A stretch of 64,000 nt of DNA. It comes from Deltaproteobacteria bacterium GWA2_38_16. Lineage in GTDB: Bacteria; Bdellovibrionota; JACOXK01; 2-02-FULL-40-11. Shown here piece by piece: positions 45,744 through 55,568 of the stretch. How positions within the stretch are numbered: the first letter of the stretch is position 1; each line of letters begins with the position of its first letter. Location of the stretch: the NCBI GenBank assembly GCA_001797335.1, contig MGPE01000006.1, forward strand, positions 65,314-129,313, given 5' to 3'. The position numbers were made by a program, and so were the translations under genes. Under the pieces are notes generated by a model. The model did no database searches. It saw nothing but the letters and a program-made list of their open reading frames with translations, and had not been told where the DNA came from.

Positions 45744-48700
45744 ATGGAGAGCTCTTTTTCCCTATTTCAAAGACTTCTATCAGGCTTCTTAGCCCTACTC
45801 TTTACTTTCACCATGGTGTCAATAACTTTTCCACAAAGAGTGGCCGCAGAAACCCTCCCACCCGAAGAATTCTTACGAAATGATATCTTCTTTACCGCCC
45901 AGCGGATTGAAATGGTCAGTCAAAAATTAATCTATATCCACGAACAAATGAGGCCCAAAGAAAAAACACTGGGTGCCACTGAATTACCAGGACTTAAAGA
46001 AGGGAGATTTTGTACCAATTGCCATGAAGAACGCCCTACAGGACCTTTGCAACTTCCAGAGTTTATCACCAATCCTAATTTTCTTATTCCAAAATCACCT
46101 GCTCCGCACAAAACCCACGAAACACCCAAAGAAACATTTGCACATTTACAACAAGATATTTTGGATCTCAAAATTCGAACCGAACAATATTTAACTTCAA
46201 ATGCCGCCCTTCCCCTTCACATCACGATGATTAAGGTGTATCTAGCCGCACTCACTCAATATCTGGTCGTAAGTCTTCTCATGGATCCCTTCGGAAATCC
46301 TTTTGATTTGCTCGACATCCAATTTGGGCTAAGGTTTTCTCCAGAACGCATTCAAGAAATTAAAAATTACATTTCTGATTCTAATACTGAAAAAACAACA
46401 AAAGATATTTTTAGTGTCCTAACCCATTTTGAAGATAATGCCCTTATTTTTTCAGATACATTTAAAATGAATATTGAGCTTTCTTCATATTTAAAAGCTC
46501 AAAATGAAGAAGCTTGGCTGAATATCTTAAAACTTCAAACTACAAAGTATCTAGCTTCTCAATTGTTACACATTACCGACTATTGGCCAGAGGTAGGATA
46601 TAAAAATAAAGAATTTTTTGGAAAACTTTCCAGATACTTTAGATCGATGGATCACCATTTTGGATCTATGATTGCTGAAAAAGAACGAGAAAAACAATCC
46701 GAGTTTAATTATTTTTTATTAGAATATATATCTTCAAAACCCATCCCAACGGTGATCACTCTAGAACGGTATCGAGATCTCATTTCTTATGCTCCTCGAA
46801 TGGCAGAAGCGTTAGGAGATCACTTAGAAAATTATTTAACTCAAAGCCGTTTTATTGAAACTGAACAACAATTTACCCTGAAAGAACTTAAAAAAGTTTT
46901 TAAAAATTACCCTTATTCTCTTCTCGATCGTAGATCTAAAGAGCTCGCCCAATGGATAAGAGAAAAAATTTTAGAGATTAAAAAACAATTCTTTCACTCT
47001 CATCTTTTGTATCATTTTGTCCAGGAACGAGAAATTGATGAATCCAAAATTCCAGAATTAGAAGAAAAATATCTAAAACAATTTTCACAAGAATTATCTT
47101 TAGATCTCATTCAAACCTGGGTCATCAATTTTCACTCTCCCAATTCAAGTTTAAAGGCTTCTGCCAAATTTTTAAAACTTACTCTATTAGATGTCCCTTC
47201 GATGGTAGAACTTATTCAAGAAATTGATGATCAAATTCAAGCTCTTCTGCTCTATGATTTTAATAAAAGTGTTTCCTGGTCTTACGATGTTTTAGAAGGA
47301 AGACCCGAACGTGCATATATGCGTGGTAAAGGACTAGCCGATCGTTGGTACTATAGTGGCATGGATAATGAAGAAATGAAAAGTATGATTCCTGTTCCTC
47401 TAGATCCTTCTGTGCCGGATCTTTTACCTCCTGAATATTTGCCCACTATTAAACCTATTGAAAATAACCAAATAAATTTTGGAATCCTTTTATCTCAGCT
47501 CATTGCCCCTTTAAGTTCCAATGTTTTTTTATTAAAAAATATAGAAAAATTTTCACAGGCTAAAACCAAAGAAGATCTTTTGAATACCTATGAAACTTTA
47601 CTGACCGATTTAGAAATAAAAGTAAATATTCCTCGCCCTGAAATTGGGGGAGGCCATACCATCGTAGATCCTTTGAACATGCCCATGCCTGTCTATATTT
47701 CCCATCCTCAAGAACAAAGCTCTAGGCATGAAAAAGAAGAACTTGAAACAGCCTTAAAACACCTTCAAAAGCTGGGAGAAAAATTAAAAAATGTAAATTC
47801 CAAAAATACGGATACCTTAGATGATTTTTTTAATTCTAATAAAGAAAAAGTAGAATTTTTAAAAACAAAACGAAATACGTTTATTAATCTTTTTAGAATT
47901 CTATCCGTTCCTCTTGAAGATAAGTTATTTCTACATCATATCCAAGATCTTCAAAAACAAGATGGTATCACCAAAGAAGATATTGAAACTTTTTTAGCGG
48001 AGAGCGAAAAATATGCTGCGCAGTTTCCTGATTTTATTCAATCTTCTCATTATAGCTTTTTAAAATTTAAAGAAGCTTATCAAAAGAAAATTCAAGAATT
48101 TCTAAAAGCAGAAGAAGCCGATGAAATGATTGCCTACAATAGAGCTATTCTTACTGAACTTCGAAAATTAAAAGATGCCCTTTGGTATTTTAAAGGCGGC
48201 TATGATCATCCTGAATATTTTATCAATGTCAAAGGAGAACTTTTAAGTGAAAGAACCCTTACTCAACTAAAAAAAGTAAAATCCCTCAGAGAAAGGCGAA
48301 AAGAAATATATCTTGATAAAGGAGGAGCCATTTTAGACCAATGGATGAAATCTTATGTGATGGCACTCATGACGCGGGAAGCACTGATGACACAAGATGC
48401 ATTGATTCGGAAAAATATTCATAAAGTTATTTCTGCTAAAAATATTTCTGACATTAAAGAATTTGTTTTAGATCCTTTTATTTTAGATCAAGCTTTAAAG
48501 ATGGTTTCTGAAGAACATCCGGATCAGGTCTGGAGAATTACTTCTTATCGGAAAATGCATATGAATCTTATTAATGAATACTCTCACACCTTGTTAGATA
48601 GCTATTTCCACGGCTCTATCCATAGTGTGGCGTTTTGGAGTTTACTCACCATCTCTATTATTCTCGCTTTTGTACCTGGGGGCCAGATTCCTTCTTATTT

Positions 48701-49190
48701 TATTGGGGTTTTATTACTCTCTGACTTTGCTGTTCAATGCGGGCACGATCTTTATAATAGTTTCATCGTTCTTCCAGAAAGTCTTCAAAAGAAAAAAGAT
48801 TTCTTTTTATCACAAGCTGAGGCAGGAGCGGGAGCCGGAGATTATGGAGAATTTGAAAAATTGGAAGAAGGCATCTTTTGGCAAAAAACCATTGCGGTTG
48901 GAGGCACAGCACTCTTTTTTATCCCCTGGGCAAGATCAGAAGTAAAACGAGGGATGAGGCTTTTTTTCACAGACACTATGGCCATTAAAAATGCCCTCCT
49001 AACCTTAAGGTTCAGCGCAGATACAACCCCTGCCTTGGCAGAAATCAGACAGCGCACAAACCATCTTCTTGAACAAAACACATTTCGATCTGGATTACCC
49101 ACAATTACTCCAGAATTTGAAGAACTTTTGATAAGAGATCGAGCCAATATTGAAGAGGCGCTTAAGATTTTAGAAAAGAAGGCCCACTAG
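45744..49190 (+). CDS. Very large (1148 aa) membrane-anchored hypothetical protein
   Basis: N-terminal TM/signal, long helical charged body, C-terminal TM pair (VAFWSLLTISIILAFV.. and YFIGVLLLSDFAV). Confidence 0.45.
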   Translation: MESSFSLFQRLLSGFLALLFTFTMVSITFPQRVAAETLPPEEFLRNDIFFTAQRIEMVSQKLIYIHEQMRPKEKTLGATELPGLKEGRFCTNCHEERPTGPLQLPEFITNPNFLIPKSPAPHKTHETPKETFAHLQQDILDLKIRTEQYLTSNAALPLHITMIKVYLAALTQYLVVSLLMDPFGNPFDLLDIQFGLRFSPERIQEIKNYISDSNTEKTTKDIFSVLTHFEDNALIFSDTFKMNIELSSYLKAQNEEAWLNILKLQTTKYLASQLLHITDYWPEVGYKNKEFFGKLSRYFRSMDHHFGSMIAEKEREKQSEFNYFLLEYISSKPIPTVITLERYRDLISYAPRMAEALGDHLENYLTQSRFIETEQQFTLKELKKVFKNYPYSLLDRRSKELAQWIREKILEIKKQFFHSHLLYHFVQEREIDESKIPELEEKYLKQFSQELSLDLIQTWVINFHSPNSSLKASAKFLKLTLLDVPSMVELIQEIDDQIQALLLYDFNKSVSWSYDVLEGRPERAYMRGKGLADRWYYSGMDNEEMKSMIPVPLDPSVPDLLPPEYLPTIKPIENNQINFGILLSQLIAPLSSNVFLLKNIEKFSQAKTKEDLLNTYETLLTDLEIKVNIPRPEIGGGHTIVDPLNMPMPVYISHPQEQSSRHEKEELETALKHLQKLGEKLKNVNSKNTDTLDDFFNSNKEKVEFLKTKRNTFINLFRILSVPLEDKLFLHHIQDLQKQDGITKEDIETFLAESEKYAAQFPDFIQSSHYSFLKFKEAYQKKIQEFLKAEEADEMIAYNRAILTELRKLKDALWYFKGGYDHPEYFINVKGELLSERTLTQLKKVKSLRERRKEIYLDKGGAILDQWMKSYVMALMTREALMTQDALIRKNIHKVISAKNISDIKEFVLDPFILDQALKMVSEEHPDQVWRITSYRKMHMNLINEYSHTLLDSYFHGSIHSVAFWSLLTISIILAFVPGGQIPSYFIGVLLLSDFAVQCGHDLYNSFIVLPESLQKKKDFFLSQAEAGAGAGDYGEFEKLEEGIFWQKTIAVGGTALFFIPWARSEVKRGMRLFFTDTMAIKNALLTLRFSADTTPALAEIRQRTNHLLEQNTFRSGLPTITPEFEELLIRDRANIEEALKILEKKAH

Positions 49191-49216
49191 ATCCCCGCCT
49201 TCGCGGGGATGACCTT

Positions 49217-50176
49217 TTAAAAAAGAGCCCCTGCGCAATCGATTCCGGCATCGGGGTGCCATTTTCCTAAAAAATAGACTCGTACTACGCCCTGCGCTTG
49301 AAGAACTTTTTCCCAAGAATAATTGAGAGATTCATTTTGACTTTTATTCGTAAAGACAATGAGTTGATTGTCTTTTCGGCTACGAACAACAAATCCATTA
49401 AAAAAATTAACATCTTTAATCTCACCTGAAACCTCTACCACCGCAAATCCACTCTCTTTTATTTTTTGAATCACAGCTTGAAACCTTGAGTCTTTTTGAA
49501 TCAGAATTTTTCCATTGGGTAACGCCATCATCCAGGTATCAATGTGAGTGGGAAAATCTTCACCTATAGAAAGAGATAGCAAATTTTCTTCTTCAACTTC
49601 TAAGTCTTGAGCTACCTGTCTTTTGGCTTCATCAAAAGAAAACTTAAATTGAGCTTGAGCACGCCGAATCACATTTTCATCGATAAGAGCATAGGGCTTC
49701 CCTTCTCGTCTCCCCGAAATAAGCTCTCCCCCCTCGACACGAGTAACATTAAGTTCTTTCACAGGGCGACCAAGTTTATGGGCCAAGTTTTTGATCCAAA
49801 ATGGATTATAGACATCACGATCGTCTAGCGTATAAAATGTACTTAAAGAAGGTGGATAATCTAACAAAATTTTATACTCTATCGGAGCCATTTGAAGAAA
49901 CTCCCCTCGGTCATTAAATAACAGATGATCCTGAAACCATTGTCTCAACCGCGTTTCAACTTCAACCGTTTTTAAAATTAATCCTTCACTTTGAAAAATT
50001 TCTTTAAGTAAATCTATATCTTGAATCCCGCTATACTCATACTGGACCTTTGGCCATGTTGTTTTAACGACCGAATGCACCCAGCCGTGAACATGCATAG
50101 AGCCATCTTCGGGAACGAGAGCAGAAAAAGAAGGAGCGGAGAGAAGAAAGAATATTATAAAAAGATATCGTTTCAT
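49217..50176 (-). CDS. Secreted hypothetical protein (possibly guanidino-group-modifying/amidinotransferase superfamily, low confidence)
   Basis: Signal peptide. C-terminal ..WHPDAGIDCAGALF is reminiscent of the C-terminal catalytic Cys of amidinotransferase-fold enzymes. Confidence 0.35.
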   Translation of the reverse strand: MKRYLFIIFFLLSAPSFSALVPEDGSMHVHGWVHSVVKTTWPKVQYEYSGIQDIDLLKEIFQSEGLILKTVEVETRLRQWFQDHLLFNDRGEFLQMAPIEYKILLDYPPSLSTFYTLDDRDVYNPFWIKNLAHKLGRPVKELNVTRVEGGELISGRREGKPYALIDENVIRRAQAQFKFSFDEAKRQVAQDLEVEEENLLSLSIGEDFPTHIDTWMMALPNGKILIQKDSRFQAVIQKIKESGFAVVEVSGEIKDVNFFNGFVVRSRKDNQLIVFTNKSQNESLNYSWEKVLQAQGVVRVYFLGKWHPDAGIDCAGALF

Positions 50177-50406
50177 AAAAAATAAAAATTAGAAATACCC
50201 TATAACATGCTTCCACGCCTTGTGCAATCCGGACGGTTTTTCGTCCGCTCATAAAAATTCCGTCCGCTTCTTGTGCTCAAAACAGATATTTCACACTACA
50301 AATTGTGCTTTTTAACTTGGCACAAACTTTGCTTATCATGGTTTTCATTGATAAGGGCATGGGGCTCTTATAGAATGCTTAAACCTTTTTAAAAAGGAGA
50401 TGTACA

Positions 50407-50946
50407 ATGACTATTACAAAAACAGACTTAACAGAAGCTTTAAATAACTTCTCTAAAACTACTTTTGAGCCAGCGTTAAAAAGATTAGAAGAAAAGATGG
50501 CCACCAAAGATGATCTAAAGAACTTTATTACGAAAGAAGATGCAAAAAACTTTGCCACCAAAGACGATCTGAAAAACTTTGCCACCAAAGACGATCTGAA
50601 AAACTTTGCCACCAAAGACGATTTGAAAAACTTTGCCACCAAAGACGATTTGAAAAACTTTGCCACCAAAGACGATTTGAAAAACTTTGCCACAAAAGAT
50701 AACCTAAAAGACTTTGCTACCAAAGATGATATGCAAGAAATTAGTAAGGCCTTATTATTTATTACAAATAATACCTATACCAAAAAAGAATGGGACCAGA
50801 AATTTTCTAATATTGTTCGTAAAGTTGAAATTCAAATCGAACACTATCGTTCAGAATTTAGATCTGCTGTTGATGGCTATGATCACTTAAATACAAAAGT
50901 GAAAAATCACGAAAAACGGATTACAAAGCTTGAAGAACGGATTTAA
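50407..50946 (+). CDS. Repeat-containing coiled-coil protein with 9-aa (27-nt) tandem repeats
   Basis: KDDLKNFAT repeated ~8 times, then a coiled-coil C-terminus. Good RBS (aaaggag). Confidence 0.55.
   Translation: MTITKTDLTEALNNFSKTTFEPALKRLEEKMATKDDLKNFITKEDAKNFATKDDLKNFATKDDLKNFATKDDLKNFATKDDLKNFATKDDLKNFATKDNLKDFATKDDMQEISKALLFITNNTYTKKEWDQKFSNIVRKVEIQIEHYRSEFRSAVDGYDHLNTKVKNHEKRITKLEERI
50506..50721 (+). repeat. 27-bp tandem repeat array (~8 units, 5 near-perfect) inside a coding sequence
   Basis: Unit aaagacgatctgaaaaactttgccacc at 50560, 50587, 50614, 50641 and 50668. Degenerate units at 50506, 50533 and 50695. Confidence 0.9.
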
Positions 50947-51617
50947 ATTTCTACCGCAGTGCCGGTGGCAAAGATAACAAACGATTTTTGTTCAGGTAGG
51001 AATTTAAAATCAAACGTCACAGCAATCACTGCATTGGCATGCATTTTTTTGGCTTTCGCTTCTAAGGCTTTTAGCACTTTTGAAACTAAAAGATCATACT
51101 CAGAGCGCACATCTTCTTTTTCTTGATGGAGCTCTTTCATAACTACTTCTTCTGGCATCGTAATTTCTGTGGATACAATACCTAAATACTTTCTAACACT
51201 TTTTTCTGGAATGGAAGGCGCAGTTGTTAACACAACTTCCCCTTTTACAAAAAAAGGTTCTTCGGATTGAGATCCTTCGCTTCTCTCAGGATGACTTTTT
51301 TTAGGACGTAATTCATCTAAAGGTCCAAAACGAATATTGGCAGCTTCGATATCTTTAATTTTATCCACAATCATTGCTGCTTTGGCTTCATTTAAATGAC
51401 TCACAAGGGCATGTCCTCCTTGGTTCAGTTGCTTTCGAAGAGAATCTAAATCTAAATCAACTTCTGAGGTACTTAAAACCTGATATACCAATTCCTGATC
51501 TTCAGGACGATCGATGCCTTCAATTAAAAGAGCATAAGGAGAATCTATTTCTCCTTCTTTACTTTCCTTTAATCCTATTTCTTCTCCAAACTTCTTTATG
51601 TCTTCTAAATCTTTCAT
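50943..51617 (-). CDS. YbjQ/UPF0145-domain protein with an acidic N-terminal extension
   Basis: C-terminal ..[24 protein letters not shown] matches the UPF0145 (YbjQ) C-terminus. Confidence 0.55.
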   Translation of the reverse strand: MKDLEDIKKFGEEIGLKESKEGEIDSPYALLIEGIDRPEDQELVYQVLSTSEVDLDLDSLRKQLNQGGHALVSHLNEAKAAMIVDKIKDIEAANIRFGPLDELRPKKSHPERSEGSQSEEPFFVKGEVVLTTAPSIPEKSVRKYLGIVSTEITMPEEVVMKELHQEKEDVRSEYDLLVSKVLKALEAKAKKMHANAVIAVTFDFKFLPEQKSFVIFATGTAVEI

Positions 51618-54160
51618 AGTTTATTTCCACAGCACTTCTTATACTTTTTCCCACTCCCACAAGGGCAGGGATCATTGCGCCCCACTTTTTCTTGAACTCT
51701 GGTAACAGGCTTTGGAGCCTCTGCCTTATCTCGCCCCAAATTTCCATGAATAAATGCCAATTCTTGCGCTTGTTTCTGACGGATTTCTAAAACTTCTTCT
51801 TGAGTTAATCCCTGAGCCCTAAAAATCTTAGAAAGACTGGTTGCCTTAATTTGAAACATCATCCCCTTAAACATTTGAAAGGCTTCTTTTTTATATTCCA
51901 AGATAGGATCTTTTTGTGCATAGGCTCTGAGGTTAATGCCCTCTCGCATATGATCGATCCCCAGCAAATGATCTTTCCAATAAAAATCAATGGTTTCTAA
52001 AAGCAAAATTCGCTCTACATGCCGCATGAACTCAGGCGTATATTTTTTTTCTTTTTCTTCGTAAAATTGTTTGGATTTTTCTTCAATAAATTTGGCTAAT
52101 GCATCTTGTTTGGTGGAAGGATGCGTAGAAGCCGTTAAATTCAGTCGAAATCCAAATTGCTGGTAAAAAACATCTTCCAACCCCTTCCAATCAAATTCAT
52201 CGTCTTTAATATTTTCATTTCCAACAAAAGAAAGCGCTGTCTCCTCACTCACTTCATGAAGCATCTCGGTTACAATATCTCGAATATTTTCTCCCTGCAT
52301 GACAGTTCGTCGCATTCCATAAATGGCTTCCCGTTGAAGATTCATCACGTTATCAAAATCTAAAAGATGTTTTCTGATTTCAAAATTATGCCCTTCAACC
52401 CTCTTTTGAGCATTCTCTACGGCTTTGGTAATCCATCGGTGCTCAATGGGCTCGTCTTCTTTCATGCCAAGAGTAGACATCACTTTTGAAATCCGTTCAG
52501 ACCCAAAAATTCTCATCAAATCATCTTCCAAAGACAAATAAAACCGAGAAGAGCCAGGATCTCCCTGACGTCCTGAACGACCCCGAAGCTGATTATCAAT
52601 TCGCCGGCTTTCATGTCGTTCAGTTCCAATAATCCGAAGTCCTCCTTTTTTCGCAACCCCCTCTCCCAACACAATATCGGTCCCCCGACCTGCCATGTTG
52701 GTAGCAATGGTAATAGCTCCTGGTTGTCCTGCTTGAGCAATAATTTCTGCTTCTTTTTCATGATGTTTGGCATTTAACACGTGATGAGGAACCCCTTGGC
52801 GTTTAAGCATGCTGGCCAAGACTTCCGATTTTTCAATAGAAATGGTCCCCACCAATACCGGCATTTGTTTTTCATAGCGCTCCTTGATTTCTTGAATCAC
52901 GGCATGAAATTTTGCTTTTTCTGTTTTATAAATGACATCCGAAAAATCTTCTCGAATCATGGGTTTATTGGTCGGGATCACGGCCACATCTAAATTATAG
53001 ATTTTTTTAAATTCAACAGCTTCGGTGTCTGCCGTACCCGTCATCCCAGCTAATTTTTCATACATGCGAAAATAATTTTGAAAAGTAATGGTGGCCAATG
53101 TTTGATTTTCATTGGCTACTTTAACCCCCTCTTTAGCTTCTAGCGCCTGATGAAGTCCATCACTATACCGACGGCCGGGCATAAGCCTTCCCGTAAATTC
53201 ATCCACAATAATCACTTCACCTTCTTTCACCACATAATCAACATCGCACTTAAACATGGCATGAGCCCTTAAAGCCTGGTTTACATGATGCACGAGCTCA
53301 ATATTCCTGGGGTCATAGAGATTTTCAAGCCCCAGTCTTTTTTCAACCTTGGTCACACCCTCTTCTGTTAGGGCTGCAGATTTGCTTTTTTCATCCAAGG
53401 TATAATCTGTTGTAGCGGACAATCCTGGAATCAATGCATTAATTTTATAATACTTATCCGTTGATTCTTCAGCAGGTCCAGAAATAATAAGGGGAGTTCT
53501 GGCTTCATCAACAAGGATAGAATCCACCTCATCCACAATACAATAATGAAGCGGCCGCTGGGCTAAATCTTCCATTCGAAATTTCATATTATCTCTTAAA
53601 TAATCAAATCCAAATTCGTTATTGGTCCCATAGGTTACATCACTATTATAGGCCGCCTGTCGTTCTTGATCATTTAATCCATGGACAATAACCCCCACCG
53701 TAAGACCCAGCATTGTATAAATAGGCCCCATCCAGGTTGCATCTCGACGTGCCAAGTAATCATTGACCGTAATGACATGCACCCCTTTTCCCGTCAGTGC
53801 ATTTAAGTACACAGGAAGGGTGGCAACCAGCGTTTTTCCTTCCCCTGTTTTCATTTCTGCAATTTTCCCTTGGTGAAGTACAATCCCCCCAATGAGCTGC
53901 ACATCATAATGGCGTTGTTTTAAGGTACGCATCGCCGCTTCTCGAACCACAGCAAAGGCCTCGGGCAGTAAAGAATCTAGACTCTCTCCTTTAGATAACC
54001 GTTCTTTAAATTCAGTGGTTTTCGATCGAAGACCTTCATCAGAAAGGGGTTTAATAGAACTTTCTAGAGCATTGATTTTTTGAACCAATGGTTGAATACG
54101 TTTCAAATAACGATCATTAGCACTTCCAAAGATTTTTTTTAGAATCGCTTCAAAAAACAT
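51614..54160 (-). CDS. secA: Preprotein translocase ATPase SecA
   Basis: 848 aa: DEAD-like motor ([33 protein letters not shown]), IRA domains, C-terminal zinc finger [14 protein letters not shown]. Confidence 0.95.
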   Translation of the reverse strand: MFFEAILKKIFGSANDRYLKRIQPLVQKINALESSIKPLSDEGLRSKTTEFKERLSKGESLDSLLPEAFAVVREAAMRTLKQRHYDVQLIGGIVLHQGKIAEMKTGEGKTLVATLPVYLNALTGKGVHVITVNDYLARRDATWMGPIYTMLGLTVGVIVHGLNDQERQAAYNSDVTYGTNNEFGFDYLRDNMKFRMEDLAQRPLHYCIVDEVDSILVDEARTPLIISGPAEESTDKYYKINALIPGLSATTDYTLDEKSKSAALTEEGVTKVEKRLGLENLYDPRNIELVHHVNQALRAHAMFKCDVDYVVKEGEVIIVDEFTGRLMPGRRYSDGLHQALEAKEGVKVANENQTLATITFQNYFRMYEKLAGMTGTADTEAVEFKKIYNLDVAVIPTNKPMIREDFSDVIYKTEKAKFHAVIQEIKERYEKQMPVLVGTISIEKSEVLASMLKRQGVPHHVLNAKHHEKEAEIIAQAGQPGAITIATNMAGRGTDIVLGEGVAKKGGLRIIGTERHESRRIDNQLRGRSGRQGDPGSSRFYLSLEDDLMRIFGSERISKVMSTLGMKEDEPIEHRWITKAVENAQKRVEGHNFEIRKHLLDFDNVMNLQREAIYGMRRTVMQGENIRDIVTEMLHEVSEETALSFVGNENIKDDEFDWKGLEDVFYQQFGFRLNLTASTHPSTKQDALAKFIEEKSKQFYEEKEKKYTPEFMRHVERILLLETIDFYWKDHLLGIDHMREGINLRAYAQKDPILEYKKEAFQMFKGMMFQIKATSLSKIFRAQGLTQEEVLEIRQKQAQELAFIHGNLGRDKAEAPKPVTRVQEKVGRNDPCPCGSGKKYKKCCGNKL

Positions 54161-54188
54161 ATTATAACTTTACAGTATAGTTTAAAAA

Positions 54189-55568
54189 ATGATACTTGTA
54201 AAAGTAAATCCCATGCAAAAACAAGCAACTTCCCACGCAACTTCTATCGTTAAAAAGCTTACTCAAAGTGGCTATAAAGCTTATTTTGCAGGAGGCTGTG
54301 TCAGAGACCTCATCATGGGCATAGAACCTAAAGATATTGACATTGCTACCTCCGCCACGCCTGATCAAGTATTAAAACTTTTCTCCAAAACTTTTGAAAA
54401 AGGAAAATCATTTGGGGTGGTTTCAGTTCTTTTAGGGGGGCATGAATTTGAAGTTACCACTTTCAGAAAAGAAGGCAGTTATTTTGATGGCCGGCATCCT
54501 ACAAAAGTAACTTGGACAGATGACAAAGAAGATGCCTTAAGACGAGATTTTACCATTAATGGCATGTTTTACGACCCCCTTCAAAAAAAAATCATCGATT
54601 ATGTCGATGGCCAAAAAGATATTGAAAAAAAAATTATTCGAACGATTGGAGATCCCCGCGACCGGTTTAACGAGGATAAACTTCGCTTGATGCGTGCTGT
54701 ACGCTTTTCGGCACGTTTTCAGTATGAGATAGCTTCTGAAACAAGATCTGCTCTTGTAGATTTGGCGCCTCTTTTATCAGAAGTAAGCTTGGAACGTATT
54801 CGAGATGAGCTTATTAAAATTTTAACCGGAGAAAATGCTCACCAAGGCATTGATCTTCTCTCTCAAGTCGGTATTTTATCCCTCATCCTTCCTGAAATTG
54901 AAACCATGAAAGGGGTTGCTCAACCGCCCCAGTTTCATCCCGAAGGAGATGTTTACATCCACACCCTTCTTCTCCTGGAAAATTTTAAAAAGCCTAATCC
55001 TGAGCTTGCCATGGCTGGCCTTTTACACGATGTGGGGAAACCTCCCACTTTTTCGGTTAAAGAGCGTATTCGATTTGATGGACATGTAGAAGTGGGAACC
55101 GAAATGGCTCAAAAAATATGTAAAAGACTTCGTTTTTCCAATAAACAAGTAGATCACATCACCTCCCTGGTCAGGCAACATCTACAATTCATGAATGTAA
55201 GGCGCATGCGAAAAAGTACACTCACCCGTTTTTTAACTCAAGACCGTTTTGAAGATCATCTCGAACTCCACCGAGCAGATTGTTTAGCGTGTCATAAAAT
55301 TTTAGATAATTATGAATTTTGCAAAGAAAAATTAAAAGAACTTAAATTAAAACCTCGCCCTAAAAAACCTTTGCTCACAGGAAAAGATCTTATTCGACTG
55401 GGATTTACCCCAGGCCCTATTTTTAAAAAAATTTTAACGGCTATTGAGACAGAACAACTGGAAGGAAAACTTAAAACCAAAAACTCTGCTTTAAAATGGG
55501 CTCAATACAAATTTTCTTCTCATTTGCCTTCGAAGAAAAAACACAAAAAGAAGCGGCCACGAAAGTAA
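54189..55568 (+). CDS. cca: tRNA nucleotidyltransferase (CCA-adding)/poly(A) polymerase family with HD domain
   Basis: YFAGGCVRDLIMG..DIDIAT (pol-beta nucleotidyltransferase head), RDFTINGMFYD, HD region (HTLLLLENF.. and GLLHDVGK). Confidence 0.7.
   Translation: MILVKVNPMQKQATSHATSIVKKLTQSGYKAYFAGGCVRDLIMGIEPKDIDIATSATPDQVLKLFSKTFEKGKSFGVVSVLLGGHEFEVTTFRKEGSYFDGRHPTKVTWTDDKEDALRRDFTINGMFYDPLQKKIIDYVDGQKDIEKKIIRTIGDPRDRFNEDKLRLMRAVRFSARFQYEIASETRSALVDLAPLLSEVSLERIRDELIKILTGENAHQGIDLLSQVGILSLILPEIETMKGVAQPPQFHPEGDVYIHTLLLLENFKKPNPELAMAGLLHDVGKPPTFSVKERIRFDGHVEVGTEMAQKICKRLRFSNKQVDHITSLVRQHLQFMNVRRMRKSTLTRFLTQDRFEDHLELHRADCLACHKILDNYEFCKEKLKELKLKPRPKKPLLTGKDLIRLGFTPGPIFKKILTAIETEQLEGKLKTKNSALKWAQYKFSSHLPSKKKHKKKRPRK

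Noticed and set aside
46008-46030. Single CxxCH (CTNCHE) in the 1148-aa protein, possible c-type haem site
   Set aside because: One isolated CxxCH in a 1148-aa protein, with no other cytochrome features or cytochrome-maturation genes nearby, is within chance expectation.
50379-50723. 114-aa minus-strand ORF with FVAKFFKSS repeats
   Set aside because: It is the antisense reading of the 27-bp tandem repeat array inside the 50407-50946 gene, so an ORF-caller artefact.
51559-51747. 62-aa ORF overlapping the secA 3' end and the ybjQ-like 5' end
   Set aside because: It lies antisense or out of frame within real genes and has no features.
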